Shown one piece after another: positions 51,828-62,761 of a stretch of DNA of 64,000 nucleotides. Made by a program: the position numbers and the translations under genes. Numbering within the stretch: position 1 is the first letter of the stretch; every line of letters begins with the position of its first letter. The DNA is from Candidatus Helarchaeota archaeon (GTDB lineage: Archaea > Asgardarchaeota > Lokiarchaeia > Helarchaeales > RDOG01). The notes beneath the pieces were generated by a model, which had not been told where the DNA came from, did not search any database, and saw only the letters and a program-made list of their open reading frames with translations. The stretch lies in assembly GCA_019058315.1 (NCBI GenBank), contig JAHPZH010000007.1:64001-128000 (forward strand), written 5' to 3'.

Positions 51828-52427
51828 ATGTTTGACACAATAATGGATAAAATTCGAGAAGAATTAGACAAAGAAGATACCATTAGAGAAAAAACATTAC
51901 AAGATGTTAGGAAAATAATTAGGAATTCTGGATCCGCTATAAGGGCAATACATAAAGGAAATTTTGAAAACGCTAAAAAATTAATTGATGAAGCTTCAGA
52001 TTTAATAAAAAAATTAGATGATTTAAAAAATACCTTCCCTAAAATTTATTATAAGAATTATGTAACTGACGCTCAGCAAGAATTTTGTGAAGCTCGTCTT
52101 TTTTTTGCTCTATTAACCAATGAAGATATTGAAAAACTTTATCCAGAAAATCTAGTGATTTCTGATATAGCATTTTTATTAGGCACTGCGGATTTAATTG
52201 GGGAGCTTCGTAGATATACTTTAGACTCTATAAGACGTGATGAAATTGACAAAGCAGAGATGATGTTAGAATATATGAGCGATATTTATGAAAATTTGAC
52301 ATCTTTAGATTATCCTTCTGGAATTACACCAGGATTGCGACGAAAATGTGATGTAGCTCGTGGGTTAATTGAAAAAACTCGTAGTGAACTAACTATTTCT
52401 CTACAGTTTCATAAATACGCAAAATAA
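51828..52427 (+). CDS. Translin/TRAX family protein (archaeal C3PO-like)
   Basis: RE......R...R.S..AI..IH, QEFCEA, LLG.ADL.GELRR, LRRKCD. Confidence 0.9.
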   Translation: MFDTIMDKIREELDKEDTIREKTLQDVRKIIRNSGSAIRAIHKGNFENAKKLIDEASDLIKKLDDLKNTFPKIYYKNYVTDAQQEFCEARLFFALLTNEDIEKLYPENLVISDIAFLLGTADLIGELRRYTLDSIRRDEIDKAEMMLEYMSDIYENLTSLDYPSGITPGLRRKCDVARGLIEKTRSELTISLQFHKYAK

Positions 52428-52490
52428 TATAAAAGAATTTTATATTTTAATTTCAGAATTTAATTTGTTATTAAGAAAGGTGAAGAATTT

Positions 52491-53147
52491 ATGGAAATTT
52501 GGGATCAAAGTATTGCTGTTGAAGAAGATTTAATAAAAGCTAACGAAGAGTTGGCAAATAAAAATAAGGAATTCTTTGAAAAAAATAATATAACAACATT
52601 TGAAATATTAGGAAACATAGGTTCAGGAAAAACTTCTCTAATAGAAGCTTTAGTTTCAGAACTTAAGGATAAATATAAAATATTGGTAATTAATGGGGAT
52701 TTGGCAACATCTATAGACGCTGATCGTATTAAAAAATATGGAGTGGAAGCAATTCAGATCAATACTGGCAAGGAATGTCACTTGGACGCTCTAACAATTA
52801 AGCCAGCTTTAGAAAAAATTAAAGAAAAAATAGATATTTGCCTTATCGAACAAGTAGGGAATATGATCTGTCCAGCTGATTTTCCTCTGGGCGCAAAAAA
52901 GAGAATTGTGGTATTTGAAGTTACAAATGGTCCCTATATTGTTCAAAAGCATCCTGTGATTTTCGCTACGACTGAAATCGTTTTAATTAATAAAATAGAT
53001 ATTGCAGAATATGTAGGCATGGATCAAAAAGCCTTAAATAAATTGGAAGCAGATGCAAAGAAAATTAACTCAAGACTTCAAGTAATTTTTACCAGCGCAA
53101 AAACAAAACAAGGGATTCCAGAACTAATTAAAGCTCTAGAGCTTTAG
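52491..53147 (+). CDS. hypB: Hydrogenase nickel incorporation GTPase HypB
   Basis: GSGKTSL, GDLA...DA, NTGKECHLDA, GNMICPADF, NKID. Confidence 0.92.
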   Translation: MEIWDQSIAVEEDLIKANEELANKNKEFFEKNNITTFEILGNIGSGKTSLIEALVSELKDKYKILVINGDLATSIDADRIKKYGVEAIQINTGKECHLDALTIKPALEKIKEKIDICLIEQVGNMICPADFPLGAKKRIVVFEVTNGPYIVQKHPVIFATTEIVLINKIDIAEYVGMDQKALNKLEADAKKINSRLQVIFTSAKTKQGIPELIKALEL

Positions 53148-53184
53148 ATACTTTATTTTTATTATTAAATATAGATTTAAGACA

Positions 53185-54480
53185 TTGAATAAAATATCAA
53201 TACTTACCTATGGTTGTAGTTATAATCAAGCTAGTTCAGAAATTATTAAGGGATTATTGCTAAAAAATAATTTTCAAGAATCAAAATTAGACGAATCTGA
53301 TGTTATTATTATTCTATCTTGTGTTGTAAAATCACCAACAGAAAATAAGATTATTGCTAAAATTAAAACTCTTTTTGCAGAATATCCAAAAAAGAAAATT
53401 ATTGTTGGTGGATGTCTTCCTGAAGTTATTCCAGAAAGAATAAAAGAAATTTCAAAGGATATTAATTTTTTTGGACCCCATTTCGCAACAGAAATCGTAG
53501 ATATTGTTAATAAAACAATCCAAGGAGAAAATGTGGAATTAATTGGAAAACGATATGAATGTAGATTAGGTATAACCAGGAAAAAAATAAATCCAATTAT
53601 AGGAATTATTCAAATTTCACAAGGCTGTCTATCTAATTGTGCATATTGTTGCGTAAAGATAGCTATGGGTGACTTTTTTGCTTATCCAGTTTCATTGATA
53701 ATAGAAGAAATTAAAGAAATGATAAAAAGTGGTTGCAAAGAAATCTGGATAACCGCTCAAGACACTGCTGCGTATAGATATGAAAATCTTGATCTAGCAG
53801 ATTTAATAAGCGAAATAACAAAAATCGAATCAAAATTTAATATACGGATAGGAATGATGAATCCAAAGAGTGTACTTCCAATATTAAAAAAATTAATTGA
53901 GACATATTCACATCCAAATTTATACAAGTTTTTACACTTACCTCTTCAATCTGGTGACAATGAAATTTTAGCAGCGATGAATAGAAATTACACTATTGAA
54001 GATGTCCTTAAAATAATTGAAGAATTTAGAAATAAATTCCCTCTACTAACCCTTTCAACAGATTTAATTATTGGTTTTCCAGGAGAAACCGAAGAACAAT
54101 TTCAAAATTCCCTTAAAATATTAGAAAAAATTAATCCTGATATTGTAAATATTTCACGTTTTGGTCAAAGACCAAAAACTAAGGCAAAAAAAATGAATAA
54201 CCAAATCCCCCCTGATATTATTAAAAAAAGAAGTAAAACAGCAACAGAACTGGTAAATCAATTAACACTTGAACGAAATAAAAAATGGATTAATTGGGAA
54301 GGAGAAGTGTTAGTATCAGAAAAAAGTAAATACGGGGATTGGATGGGTAGGAATTTTGCTTATAAGCCTATAGTTATTAAATCTTCTGATAATTTATTTG
54401 GGAAATTTGTAATAGTAAATATTGATAAAGTAAATCCTTTTGTACTTTTTGGGAAAATGGGTAAAATTGAAAAAAAATAA
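53185..54480 (+). CDS. tRNA methylthiotransferase (e-MtaB/CDKAL1-like, MiaB family)
   Basis: TYGCSYN, GCL, GCLSNCAYC, IGMMNP, HLPLQSG, TRAM domain. Confidence 0.88.
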   Translation: MNKISILTYGCSYNQASSEIIKGLLLKNNFQESKLDESDVIIILSCVVKSPTENKIIAKIKTLFAEYPKKKIIVGGCLPEVIPERIKEISKDINFFGPHFATEIVDIVNKTIQGENVELIGKRYECRLGITRKKINPIIGIIQISQGCLSNCAYCCVKIAMGDFFAYPVSLIIEEIKEMIKSGCKEIWITAQDTAAYRYENLDLADLISEITKIESKFNIRIGMMNPKSVLPILKKLIETYSHPNLYKFLHLPLQSGDNEILAAMNRNYTIEDVLKIIEEFRNKFPLLTLSTDLIIGFPGETEEQFQNSLKILEKINPDIVNISRFGQRPKTKAKKMNNQIPPDIIKKRSKTATELVNQLTLERNKKWINWEGEVLVSEKSKYGDWMGRNFAYKPIVIKSSDNLFGKFVIVNIDKVNPFVLFGKMGKIEKK

Positions 54481-54529
54481 TGTATATTAATAAAGTAAGA
54501 CAAAGATAGTTTTCTAAATACTCTAAGTA

Positions 54530-55576
54530 TTAGTTGGTTTCTCTATATATACTCTCTTTTACTTTTTCTTTAGTTTCTTCTATTTTACTTTCTCCCTTTT
54601 CTTTTAATTCTTCTTCTACTCGAGTTTTTATTTCCTCATCCAGATTCTCTTCTCGTAAATATATAAAGTCACCTATTTTTTCGATTTCTCCATTTTTAAT
54701 CATATCCTTAAAATTTTCCTTGTAATCACTCTTGTCTTTTGACCAACTTTCTAAGAATTCCTCTTTTATCTTAGAATCAAGAATTTTTTTTGGCAAAGGA
54801 CACTCCCTTAAAGCTTTCGCAATCTCCACCTTAAACTGAGCCTTTATTTTATCCCCATATTTAAAGAGGCATTCTGCCCCTTTCTTATAATCACCTAAAG
54901 TCATGTATTGCATACATAAAATTCCCCAAACATGAACCTCCTTAGGGTCCATTTCAATGATTTTATTAAAGCATTCATGCATCTTTTTTCTATTATTTAG
55001 TTTTCTATAAACCAATGCAATATTTAGCCATGCATTAGCAAACTCAGGTGAGATTTCGATTGCTTTCTTATAACAATAAATAGCATCATTGTATTCACCT
55101 AATTCCCGATATGTATGTCCCATGTAAAACCAAGCACTTAAAAAATCTGGTTTTGCTTCGACAGCTCTTTGATATGCAATTATTGCTTCCACGTGGTTTC
55201 TTAAACCTAAATAGTTATTGGCAATATGAAAATTAAGCCATGACATCTCCGAATCGAGTCTAATTGCCTCATTTAGACATTCATTAGATTTCTTATATTT
55301 TTTTAAGTTCTGATACGCAATTCCCATTAAAAACATAACATTAGCATTGTTAGGTTCAATTTTTAATACATTCTCCCAACTTTTTATGGCATTTTTATTA
55401 TTTTTCATAATAATATTGGTCAGACCCATTAAAGTCCAAGCTTTAAGGTGTTGAGAGTCCAGCTTCACTGCTTTATTTAAGAATTTCAAACCATCTTTGA
55501 ATTTTTTTTCATGAATTAAATCTCGACCAATTTTAAAAAAATCTTGGGCTGTTTGTCCTTCAAAATTTTTTGACAT
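54530..55576 (-). CDS. Tetratricopeptide repeat protein
   Basis: Several 34-aa TPR units (AW...G..Y..LG.Y..A...Y.KAI...P). Confidence 0.9.
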   Translation of the reverse strand: MSKNFEGQTAQDFFKIGRDLIHEKKFKDGLKFLNKAVKLDSQHLKAWTLMGLTNIIMKNNKNAIKSWENVLKIEPNNANVMFLMGIAYQNLKKYKKSNECLNEAIRLDSEMSWLNFHIANNYLGLRNHVEAIIAYQRAVEAKPDFLSAWFYMGHTYRELGEYNDAIYCYKKAIEISPEFANAWLNIALVYRKLNNRKKMHECFNKIIEMDPKEVHVWGILCMQYMTLGDYKKGAECLFKYGDKIKAQFKVEIAKALRECPLPKKILDSKIKEEFLESWSKDKSDYKENFKDMIKNGEIEKIGDFIYLREENLDEEIKTRVEEELKEKGESKIEETKEKVKESIYRETN

Positions 55577-55673
55577 TTTTGACCCCCTTTATTTTATTTT
55601 TATATTTATTAAATATGATCTCAAGGTTATGAGTTATTAAATTTTCGAAGTGATTAAATCTAGAATATGATAA

Positions 55674-56513
55674 ATGTTCATATCCAATGTGAGAAAGATG
55701 CGGGTAACATGTAAAGTTTTTTATTTAGGCGATAATTATCGAGGTTTTCAATTCCAACCAGATGTCGATACAGTAGAAGGAAGAATCAAGGAAGCTTTAA
55801 AAGAAACTAAATTAATTGAAGATGATTCAACTTCAAAATTCCAAGGTGCATCTCGAACTGATGCCTTAGTGCATGCACTTGGTAATGTAATTGCCTTCAA
55901 TACTAATGAACGTGTAATTATTCCAATGATTAATCAACATTTACCAAAAGATATAATAATCTGGGCAAAAAAAGAGGTAGAAGATGATTTTTTACCACGA
56001 TTTGCAGCTATTAAACGCCATTATAAGTATATTACGAGATATAATGATGAAAATTTCAAAAAAATGGAAAATGTAGGCGAAAAAATTATAGGATATCATG
56101 ATTTTAAGAATTTTTCAAAAAAATATGAAAATAAAAATACTTTTAGAGAAATTTATGAGCTTAATATATCTCATAAAGATCAATTCTTAATATTTGACGT
56201 AATAGGCACCGCGTTTCTTTATCAAATGGTTAGAAGAATTGTAAATTTATTATTGAATATTGGCAAGGGTAATTTTAAAGAGGAGATTGTTAATGATTAT
56301 TTTGATAAAGAAATGGATTCATCTGAAAGAATTGGACCCGCTCCCTTGGAAAATGAGGGCTCTTTAATATTATGGGAGGTGGTTTATCCATTTATATTTG
56401 AGATCGATTCTTATTCTTATGAAAAAATGCAGAGATATATTAATCATTTTTGGAAACTGCATTCATTAAGATTAGAGACTATGAAAACTTTCCAAAATTT
56501 TTTTAACAAATAG
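55674..56513 (+). CDS. truA: tRNA pseudouridine(38-40) synthase TruA
   Basis: YLGDNYRGFQ.QP...TVEG, SRTDALVHA, HDFKNF, AFLYQMVR. Confidence 0.92.
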   Translation: MFISNVRKMRVTCKVFYLGDNYRGFQFQPDVDTVEGRIKEALKETKLIEDDSTSKFQGASRTDALVHALGNVIAFNTNERVIIPMINQHLPKDIIIWAKKEVEDDFLPRFAAIKRHYKYITRYNDENFKKMENVGEKIIGYHDFKNFSKKYENKNTFREIYELNISHKDQFLIFDVIGTAFLYQMVRRIVNLLLNIGKGNFKEEIVNDYFDKEMDSSERIGPAPLENEGSLILWEVVYPFIFEIDSYSYEKMQRYINHFWKLHSLRLETMKTFQNFFNK

Positions 56514-56546
56514 AATTCTACTAATTATATAATTAACTGATAATAT

Positions 56547-57254
56547 GTGGTGTTTAAAATTAAAGGAATTATGAAAAAGGGTACTAGACCAGAGCCAAAC
56601 TGGAAAAAAATTAAATTTAACGAGCCTTATAAGAAAGCAACTGATAAATTTAAAAGGATGGTCTTAAATCATCCCGATTTTGACCCAACAAGTTTTTTCC
56701 AATTCAGCATTTTTATGGCAAAATCACTCCTTCAAATGCTAGAAGATGTAGAAGAGAATTTTGGACCCGAGGGGCAAAAAGTTTGTAATAATGCATTAGT
56801 AAAAGTAGGATATGATATGGGTAAGCAACTGTTTGAGGGCATAGAAATTCCTCCAGAGATGCCCACATTAGAATTAATGAGCTTCGTTGCAACATGGGTT
56901 AATACAGTAGCTTGGACCTCAATTGAGGATCCAAGAATTATAGATGATAATAAATGTGAGTTTGATATTATTTGGTGCCCATTACAAGATGTATATAAAG
57001 CATTTGATTGTAGAATTCAACGATATCTAGTCCAAGGCATTATGGATTATGTGAGAGAATTAAGGTCTAGCTTCGATCCAGAAGCTGATTACGATATAAA
57101 ATTTTTAACTACAATACCTGCAGGATCAAAAACCTGTAAATTTCAAATCGTAAAAAAGAAAAAAGGAACCCCAGATAAATGGGAAAATTATTCTAAAGTA
57201 CTTGAGAATAGGGCATTAAAACGTTGGAAAGCTAAACTTAGAAAAAAGGAATAA
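56547..57254 (+). CDS. Hypothetical protein, V4R/ATC-hydrolase-like fold
   Basis: EENFGPEG, CP...Y....C, IPAG...C.F pattern. Confidence 0.6.
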   Translation: MVFKIKGIMKKGTRPEPNWKKIKFNEPYKKATDKFKRMVLNHPDFDPTSFFQFSIFMAKSLLQMLEDVEENFGPEGQKVCNNALVKVGYDMGKQLFEGIEIPPEMPTLELMSFVATWVNTVAWTSIEDPRIIDDNKCEFDIIWCPLQDVYKAFDCRIQRYLVQGIMDYVRELRSSFDPEADYDIKFLTTIPAGSKTCKFQIVKKKKGTPDKWENYSKVLENRALKRWKAKLRKKE

Positions 57255-57269
57255 AAAACATCTTATTAA

Positions 57270-58511
57270 TCAAGAAAATAAATTTACCTCTATTTTTTCT
57301 CCCTCTTCGATTAATTGCACTTGTTCAGGAATGTCAATATACCCATCAGTTAAAGCCAAGGTAGAAATTGCCTCAGATCCTGTATGAATTGGCTCTGCAA
57401 ATATTTTATCATCTTCTTCAGTTATTTTAACTGGTCTTAATTCTCGTCGTCCTAATTCGGAATAAATTCTTTTTTTTGCTATTGCATTTATTATCTTTTC
57501 TTTTGGTCGGGGTAAATGAGCCCACTTTCTTATCAATGGAGCAATAAAATGATAAAAAATTGTTAAAGCACTAGTAGGATAACCTGGTAATACAATTATG
57601 GGTTTAATATATGTTTTATCTTCAACTGCTGAAAGTAAGGTCGGTTTACCGGGCTTAATTCTAATTCCATGTATGTATAAATTTAGATTTTTTAAATTCT
57701 TAATGACTTCAGGTAAATAATCCCCAGTTCCTTTGGAAGTTCCTCCTGATATAATTAAAAAATCGATTTTAGATATTTCTTCAGAAATTATCCTTTTTAA
57801 AGTTTCATAATCATCTTTAATTATCCCTTTAATAAGTGGAATTCCTCCAGATTCTTTAACAGCATTGTATATTGTTGTAGAATTGATATCATATATTTTT
57901 CCAGATGTTAATTGGACTCCTGGGGGAACTAATTCATCACCAGTGCTAAAAATTGTGACTTTTGGCTTTGAATAGACAGTTATTTTAGTAATCCCTAATG
58001 CTGAGAGTAAGCCCAAATCTCGAGTATTCAATTGCTTCTCTTTTTTTAGTGCAATTTCTCCTTTTTTTATATCTGCTCCAATTTGTATAATATATTGTTG
58101 AGGAGCAACTGATTTAAAGATTTTAACAATTTCATTTTCTTCTTCTGTATATTCAACCATCACAACAGCATCCGCTCCATTTGGAATGGGAGCACCTGTT
58201 GCAATTTGAATGCACTCTTTTTCATTTAGTACTAAATTAGAATTTATACCTGCACGAATCTCTCCCATTTTCTTTAAATTTATTGGTTTATCTTCCTCTG
58301 CACCAAATGTATCTTTTGCCTTAACTGCATAACCATCCATTCTTGATTTTGAAAATCCCGGTACATTAATAGGTGAAATAATATCTTTTGCTAAAACCCT
58401 CTCTAGTGCATTCTCTATCTTAATCTCTTCGATTTGATCATGAGAAATCAATTTATAATTTAAAATATTCTTAACTTCATCTGCAGAAAGAGTCTGATAG
58501 AATTTTGTCAT
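57270..58511 (-). CDS. moeA: Molybdopterin molybdenumtransferase MoeA
   Basis: SRMDGYAV, TGAPIP.GADAVVMVE, STGDEL, SGGTSKG, KPGKP, LPGYP. Confidence 0.94.
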   Translation of the reverse strand: MTKFYQTLSADEVKNILNYKLISHDQIEEIKIENALERVLAKDIISPINVPGFSKSRMDGYAVKAKDTFGAEEDKPINLKKMGEIRAGINSNLVLNEKECIQIATGAPIPNGADAVVMVEYTEEENEIVKIFKSVAPQQYIIQIGADIKKGEIALKKEKQLNTRDLGLLSALGITKITVYSKPKVTIFSTGDELVPPGVQLTSGKIYDINSTTIYNAVKESGGIPLIKGIIKDDYETLKRIISEEISKIDFLIISGGTSKGTGDYLPEVIKNLKNLNLYIHGIRIKPGKPTLLSAVEDKTYIKPIIVLPGYPTSALTIFYHFIAPLIRKWAHLPRPKEKIINAIAKKRIYSELGRRELRPVKITEEDDKIFAEPIHTGSEAISTLALTDGYIDIPEQVQLIEEGEKIEVNLFS

Positions 58512-58538
58512 CTTATTGCACTTTTTTATACATTTATA

Positions 58539-59789
58539 CTAAATAGAAATCGGTAAATACAAATAAACGTTCACTACTGAATTTTTTTCATAACCTTCAA
58601 TATTCTCAGGGATTTTTACAACGCCATCGGCTTTTACAAGAGAAGAAATTATACCAGATCCTGATATACGGATGGGAGTTGCAAAATAGTCACCATTAAT
58701 CCTCTCGATTTTCACACGAGCGGAATCTCTTCTACCTAATTTAGATGGAATTCCTCTGGTTAAAGTAGCTTTAATAATGGGCCTTGGATCTAAAATACTT
58801 GCTCCTTGCATTTTTCTTATAGTAGGTCCTACAAAATCTTCAAATCCAATGATAGTAGCAACTGGGAATCCCGGTAAGCAAAAAACTGGTTTATTTTTAA
58901 CTATAGCAATTGCCGTTGGGCTCCCTGGACGCATAGCAATACCATGAACTAATAATTTACCTTCTTGTTCCATAATTGGAGGAAGTAAGTCTTTTTCCCC
59001 TACGGAAGTCCCACCAGAAAAAACGATAATATCATATTCTAAAGCTTTTTTAAGAACTTCACGGATTTTATTAGGATCATCTTCCACAATACCCAATCTA
59101 ATAGGATTTCCTCCATATAGTTCAGTATATAATGATATTGAATGAGTATTAGTTTCGATTATTTCTCCAATTTTCAGCGAAGAACCTACTTCTAATAATT
59201 CAGAACCAGTTGAAATTATAGCAACAGTTGGTTGTTTAATAACTTTTATCGTATTAATATTGCAAGCAATTAAGAGTGTGATATCTTGAGGTCTAAGTTG
59301 ATGATATTTTTTAATTATAACATTGTTTTTCTTTACATCTTCTCCCTTTTTAGAAACATTTTTTTCAGGAGTTAAGGGTGTATAAACTTCAATTTTGTCA
59401 TCAATTAATTTGGTATCTTCTATCTTAACAACTGCATTAGCCCCAATGGGAACGGGTGAACCTGTTGCAACTTTAATAGCTTCTCCTTGGTTTAATTTTT
59501 TAGAAGAAATTTGATTAATTTCAATTTGATCAATTATTTTTAGTATTTTTGGTTTATGAGGACTAGCTCCAAATGTATCCTCTGCCTGAACGGCATATCC
59601 ATCCATAGCTGAGCGATCAAAATGAGGAACATCAATATTTGAAACAATATCGGTAGCTAAAAATCGCCTTAATCCATCAATTGATTTAATCTCTTCTTCA
59701 GGTAAGATTTTAATATAGGGTGAGAGATTCTTCCAGGCATTTTCGATTAGAGTCAATTTTTTAAAACCATGTTTATGAATTTCGGTCAT
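58539..59789 (-). CDS. moeA: Molybdopterin molybdenumtransferase MoeA (second paralog)
   Basis: FDRSAMDGYAV, STGSEL, SGGTSVG, MRPG, LPGFP. Confidence 0.94.
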   Translation of the reverse strand: MTEIHKHGFKKLTLIENAWKNLSPYIKILPEEEIKSIDGLRRFLATDIVSNIDVPHFDRSAMDGYAVQAEDTFGASPHKPKILKIIDQIEINQISSKKLNQGEAIKVATGSPVPIGANAVVKIEDTKLIDDKIEVYTPLTPEKNVSKKGEDVKKNNVIIKKYHQLRPQDITLLIACNINTIKVIKQPTVAIISTGSELLEVGSSLKIGEIIETNTHSISLYTELYGGNPIRLGIVEDDPNKIREVLKKALEYDIIVFSGGTSVGEKDLLPPIMEQEGKLLVHGIAMRPGSPTAIAIVKNKPVFCLPGFPVATIIGFEDFVGPTIRKMQGASILDPRPIIKATLTRGIPSKLGRRDSARVKIERINGDYFATPIRISGSGIISSLVKADGVVKIPENIEGYEKNSVVNVYLYLPISI

Positions 59790-59847
59790 AATTATTCACA
59801 TTTGGGTATGATAAACTTAAAAATATCTCAAAATCTCTATTGTTACT

Positions 59848-60375
59848 TTATTCTTTCATCATTTTTTTAATATGACCTGCCTCGGGAATTATTAAATGCT
59901 CCAAAGCAAGTTTAACTGCGTTTGGTGATCCAGGGAGGCAAAAAATAATCCTGTTATTTATAATACCTGCTGAAGCTCGTGAAAGCATCGCAGAGGAACC
60001 AATTTCTTTAAAACTTAAGTAACGAAATAACTCTCCAAAACCTTCTAAAGTCTTTTCAAAGAGTGGTTTAATGGTTTCAATAGTTATATCTCTCTTACTA
60101 ATACCCGTTCCTCCACTTGTAATTATGATATCGGTTTTATCTTTAATTAATTGTAGTAAAACTTCTTTAATTTTCAAATTCTCATCCGGGACTATTTGAA
60201 ATGAAATAAAATTTTGCTTATTTTTTTCTAAAATTTCTTTTATTACAGGGATTGTCATATCAGTTGATTTTTTTCCCTCCTCTATTTCTAAATATCTTGT
60301 GTCACTTACTATTAAAACTGAGTAATTCAGTATTTTTGGAGCACCGTGTTTATGTTTTAAATGTGTTTTTTCCAA
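59848..60375 (-). CDS. moaB: Molybdopterin adenylyltransferase MoaB/MogA
   Basis: VSD, TSGGTGIS.RD.T, GFGELFR, AMLSRA, LPGSP. Confidence 0.93.
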   Translation of the reverse strand: MEKTHLKHKHGAPKILNYSVLIVSDTRYLEIEEGKKSTDMTIPVIKEILEKNKQNFISFQIVPDENLKIKEVLLQLIKDKTDIIITSGGTGISKRDITIETIKPLFEKTLEGFGELFRYLSFKEIGSSAMLSRASAGIINNRIIFCLPGSPNAVKLALEHLIIPEAGHIKKMMKE

Positions 60376-60390
60376 GTTAATACACTCTAT

Positions 60391-60858
60391 TTATAGATTC
60401 TCTTTAATTTTCTTTAAAACAACTATATCCGAAATTCTTGTTGACGGATATTGACCCATTTCATCTTTTTCTAAATATTTTGTCATATCCCAAATAGTTA
60501 AAAGTGCAATTTGCACTCCTAAAATCGCCTCTAACTCAACTCCCGTTTTTGCTATGGATTTTACTGAAACTGTTGTTTTTATAAATGGTTTGTCTCTATC
60601 AATATCAAATTCTACATTCACATTAGAAATTGGTATGGGATGTGCTAAAAAAATTAATTCTGGAGTTTTTTTAATCGCATTTATCGCTGATAATTGTGCA
60701 TTAATTAATGCATCTCCTTTTTTAATGGTCTTATTTTTAATCTGTTCTATTGTACTCTTCTTCAAAAAGATACGACCTTCAGCTATTGCTGTTCTTTGTA
60801 TCTCTTTTTTTTCAGAAATGTCAACCATTGATATTTTTGAATTTTCCATTAATTTCAA
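60391..60858 (-). CDS. moaC: Cyclic pyranopterin monophosphate synthase MoaC
   Basis: MVDISEK, KKGD, KKT.ELI...HP, KTGVELEA, WDMTK. Confidence 0.93.
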   Translation of the reverse strand: MKLMENSKISMVDISEKKEIQRTAIAEGRIFLKKSTIEQIKNKTIKKGDALINAQLSAINAIKKTPELIFLAHPIPISNVNVEFDIDRDKPFIKTTVSVKSIAKTGVELEAILGVQIALLTIWDMTKYLEKDEMGQYPSTRISDIVVLKKIKENL

Positions 60859-60952
60859 CTTCCAACATTAAAAATTTAATAAGTAAAAAATCCCGAACTA
60901 TTTAAAGAATTAATTAATATTTATCAATAATAACCTTATTGAGGAAGTTACA

Positions 60953-62746
60953 ATGGCACAAGAAGAACCTAAAGAAGAAGAAGGAATAAAAGAAGAAAAA
61001 GTAACAGTAAAGGGGAAAGTTTTGATAAAAGCCAAAGCATATAAAGACATTGTACTACACGCTTCTAGGTTTTGTAATTCTAAAATTCCACGAAATAAGT
61101 GGAAAGAAGTGTATGGATTCTTAGTAGGCACACTACAAGATGAAAACGTAGTAGTTAACGAAGCTGTTCCTATGACCCATGGGGGGACCACAGAAGTTCA
61201 ATTTGAAGAGAGACATTATATTGAAGCTGCCGAATTGGATGGAAAACTTGCTGAAACAAGTCAAGATTTTATAATCGGTTGGTATCATAGTCATCCTGGT
61301 CTTGATTTATTTCTTTCATCGGTAGATGTTCAAAATCATATGGGCTTTCAAGGTCCAAATCCTAAATCAATCGCTTTAGTGTTTGATCCAACTAAACTTT
61401 TTGAAGGTCATCCAGGATTTGAAATTTTTAGAATTAATAAAATTGACTTAACGTCAGGATTTCATAAAGTTCCATGGACAATTTTGGATTTAGATGAAGA
61501 GTTTTTTGCTCGTTCTCTTTTCGAATTAAGTGAAAAAAGTGCCGCAAGAAGACCAGTAATTGAAGAGTATGGAGAACAAGTTACAGAAATTGAACCAATA
61601 AGTTCCACTGAAACTCTCACACCTTCTCAAATTATAAGTATTGAGTCCCAAACTCCTTTAGAAACCCCTAAACCAACCCCCTCTGATAGACCTTCATATG
61701 CACAACAAAAGCTAGAAAAAGCTTTTTCGGAGGCTGATAAAGGGCATTATAAAGAAGCTATAGATTTAGCAATAAGTTCAGGAGAGGAATATGAAAAGAA
61801 TAATCAAGTTGGTATGGCTACAGATGCATTTCAACAGATTGCTGGATTCCTCTACGAATTTTGGGAGAAAATTAATAAAGTTAGAAAAAATCTATTTACT
61901 CGCCAAAAAGTCCCGGAAGAAAAAGATGCCAAATTAATGATAGATTTTGCTAAATTACTTCATTCTACAAGTAAAAAAATAGAATTTGATAGGATTGGAT
62001 TAGAAACTGAAATCAAAGATTTAGATGGGAATATGATAAAAGTCTTAGATGAAAAAATTCAAATCGCTAATATTCTTTATGAATCATCAAATATTTACTC
62101 CATGTTAATTCAAGAGATTTCCTCAAAAAAGGATATTAAAAAACAAATTGACTTTTTAAAGAAGGCTACTTCTTGCTTAAGCACAGCCATTATTTTTGCA
62201 AGAGCTGTCGAAATTCAATCAGATTTAGCTCAAAGAATTTTTAATTTTAATAAAATTATGTACCAAATCCATCAAAATCAAGGAGAAATTCAAGAAATGT
62301 ATGGGGAAGAACAATTATTAAAAATTAATCATTTAGAAGCTGCAAAAATATTTATTGGAGGAGCAAAAGAATTAGAAGATAGTGCAAATTCTATATTAGA
62401 TCCTTCATTACAAGAGAGTTTAAAGGCTTATTCAGAAAAATTAGTAGGGAGATCTTTTTTTAGCTTGGCTGATCATCAAAATTATAACCAAAAGAAATAT
62501 TGTGCCGCTAATCCCTATTATATAAAAGCTAAAGAATATTTCAGTAAAGCTGCTAAAACATTTGCTTTAAAAAAATCCCAAGAGTTAGCAAATATAGAAG
62601 TTTATTTAAGGTTAGCAACTCAAAGGGAAGAAAAAACACGAGAAAAATGCATACAAAGTAAAGGAAAGTTAATAGACGTATTAAAAATAAAACCAACAGA
62701 ACCTAAAATCAAAGTTTCGAAGCCTGAACCTTTATTTTTTCCTTAA
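60953..62746 (+). CDS. JAB1/MPN+ (JAMM) metalloprotease fused to helical solenoid
   Basis: EVYGFLVG, IGWYHSHPGLDLFLSSVD, LVFDP; TPR-like C-terminal half. Confidence 0.85.
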   Translation: MAQEEPKEEEGIKEEKVTVKGKVLIKAKAYKDIVLHASRFCNSKIPRNKWKEVYGFLVGTLQDENVVVNEAVPMTHGGTTEVQFEERHYIEAAELDGKLAETSQDFIIGWYHSHPGLDLFLSSVDVQNHMGFQGPNPKSIALVFDPTKLFEGHPGFEIFRINKIDLTSGFHKVPWTILDLDEEFFARSLFELSEKSAARRPVIEEYGEQVTEIEPISSTETLTPSQIISIESQTPLETPKPTPSDRPSYAQQKLEKAFSEADKGHYKEAIDLAISSGEEYEKNNQVGMATDAFQQIAGFLYEFWEKINKVRKNLFTRQKVPEEKDAKLMIDFAKLLHSTSKKIEFDRIGLETEIKDLDGNMIKVLDEKIQIANILYESSNIYSMLIQEISSKKDIKKQIDFLKKATSCLSTAIIFARAVEIQSDLAQRIFNFNKIMYQIHQNQGEIQEMYGEEQLLKINHLEAAKIFIGGAKELEDSANSILDPSLQESLKAYSEKLVGRSFFSLADHQNYNQKKYCAANPYYIKAKEYFSKAAKTFALKKSQELANIEVYLRLATQREEKTREKCIQSKGKLIDVLKIKPTEPKIKVSKPEPLFFP

Positions 62747-62761
62747 AAAAGTAAAAAGAAA

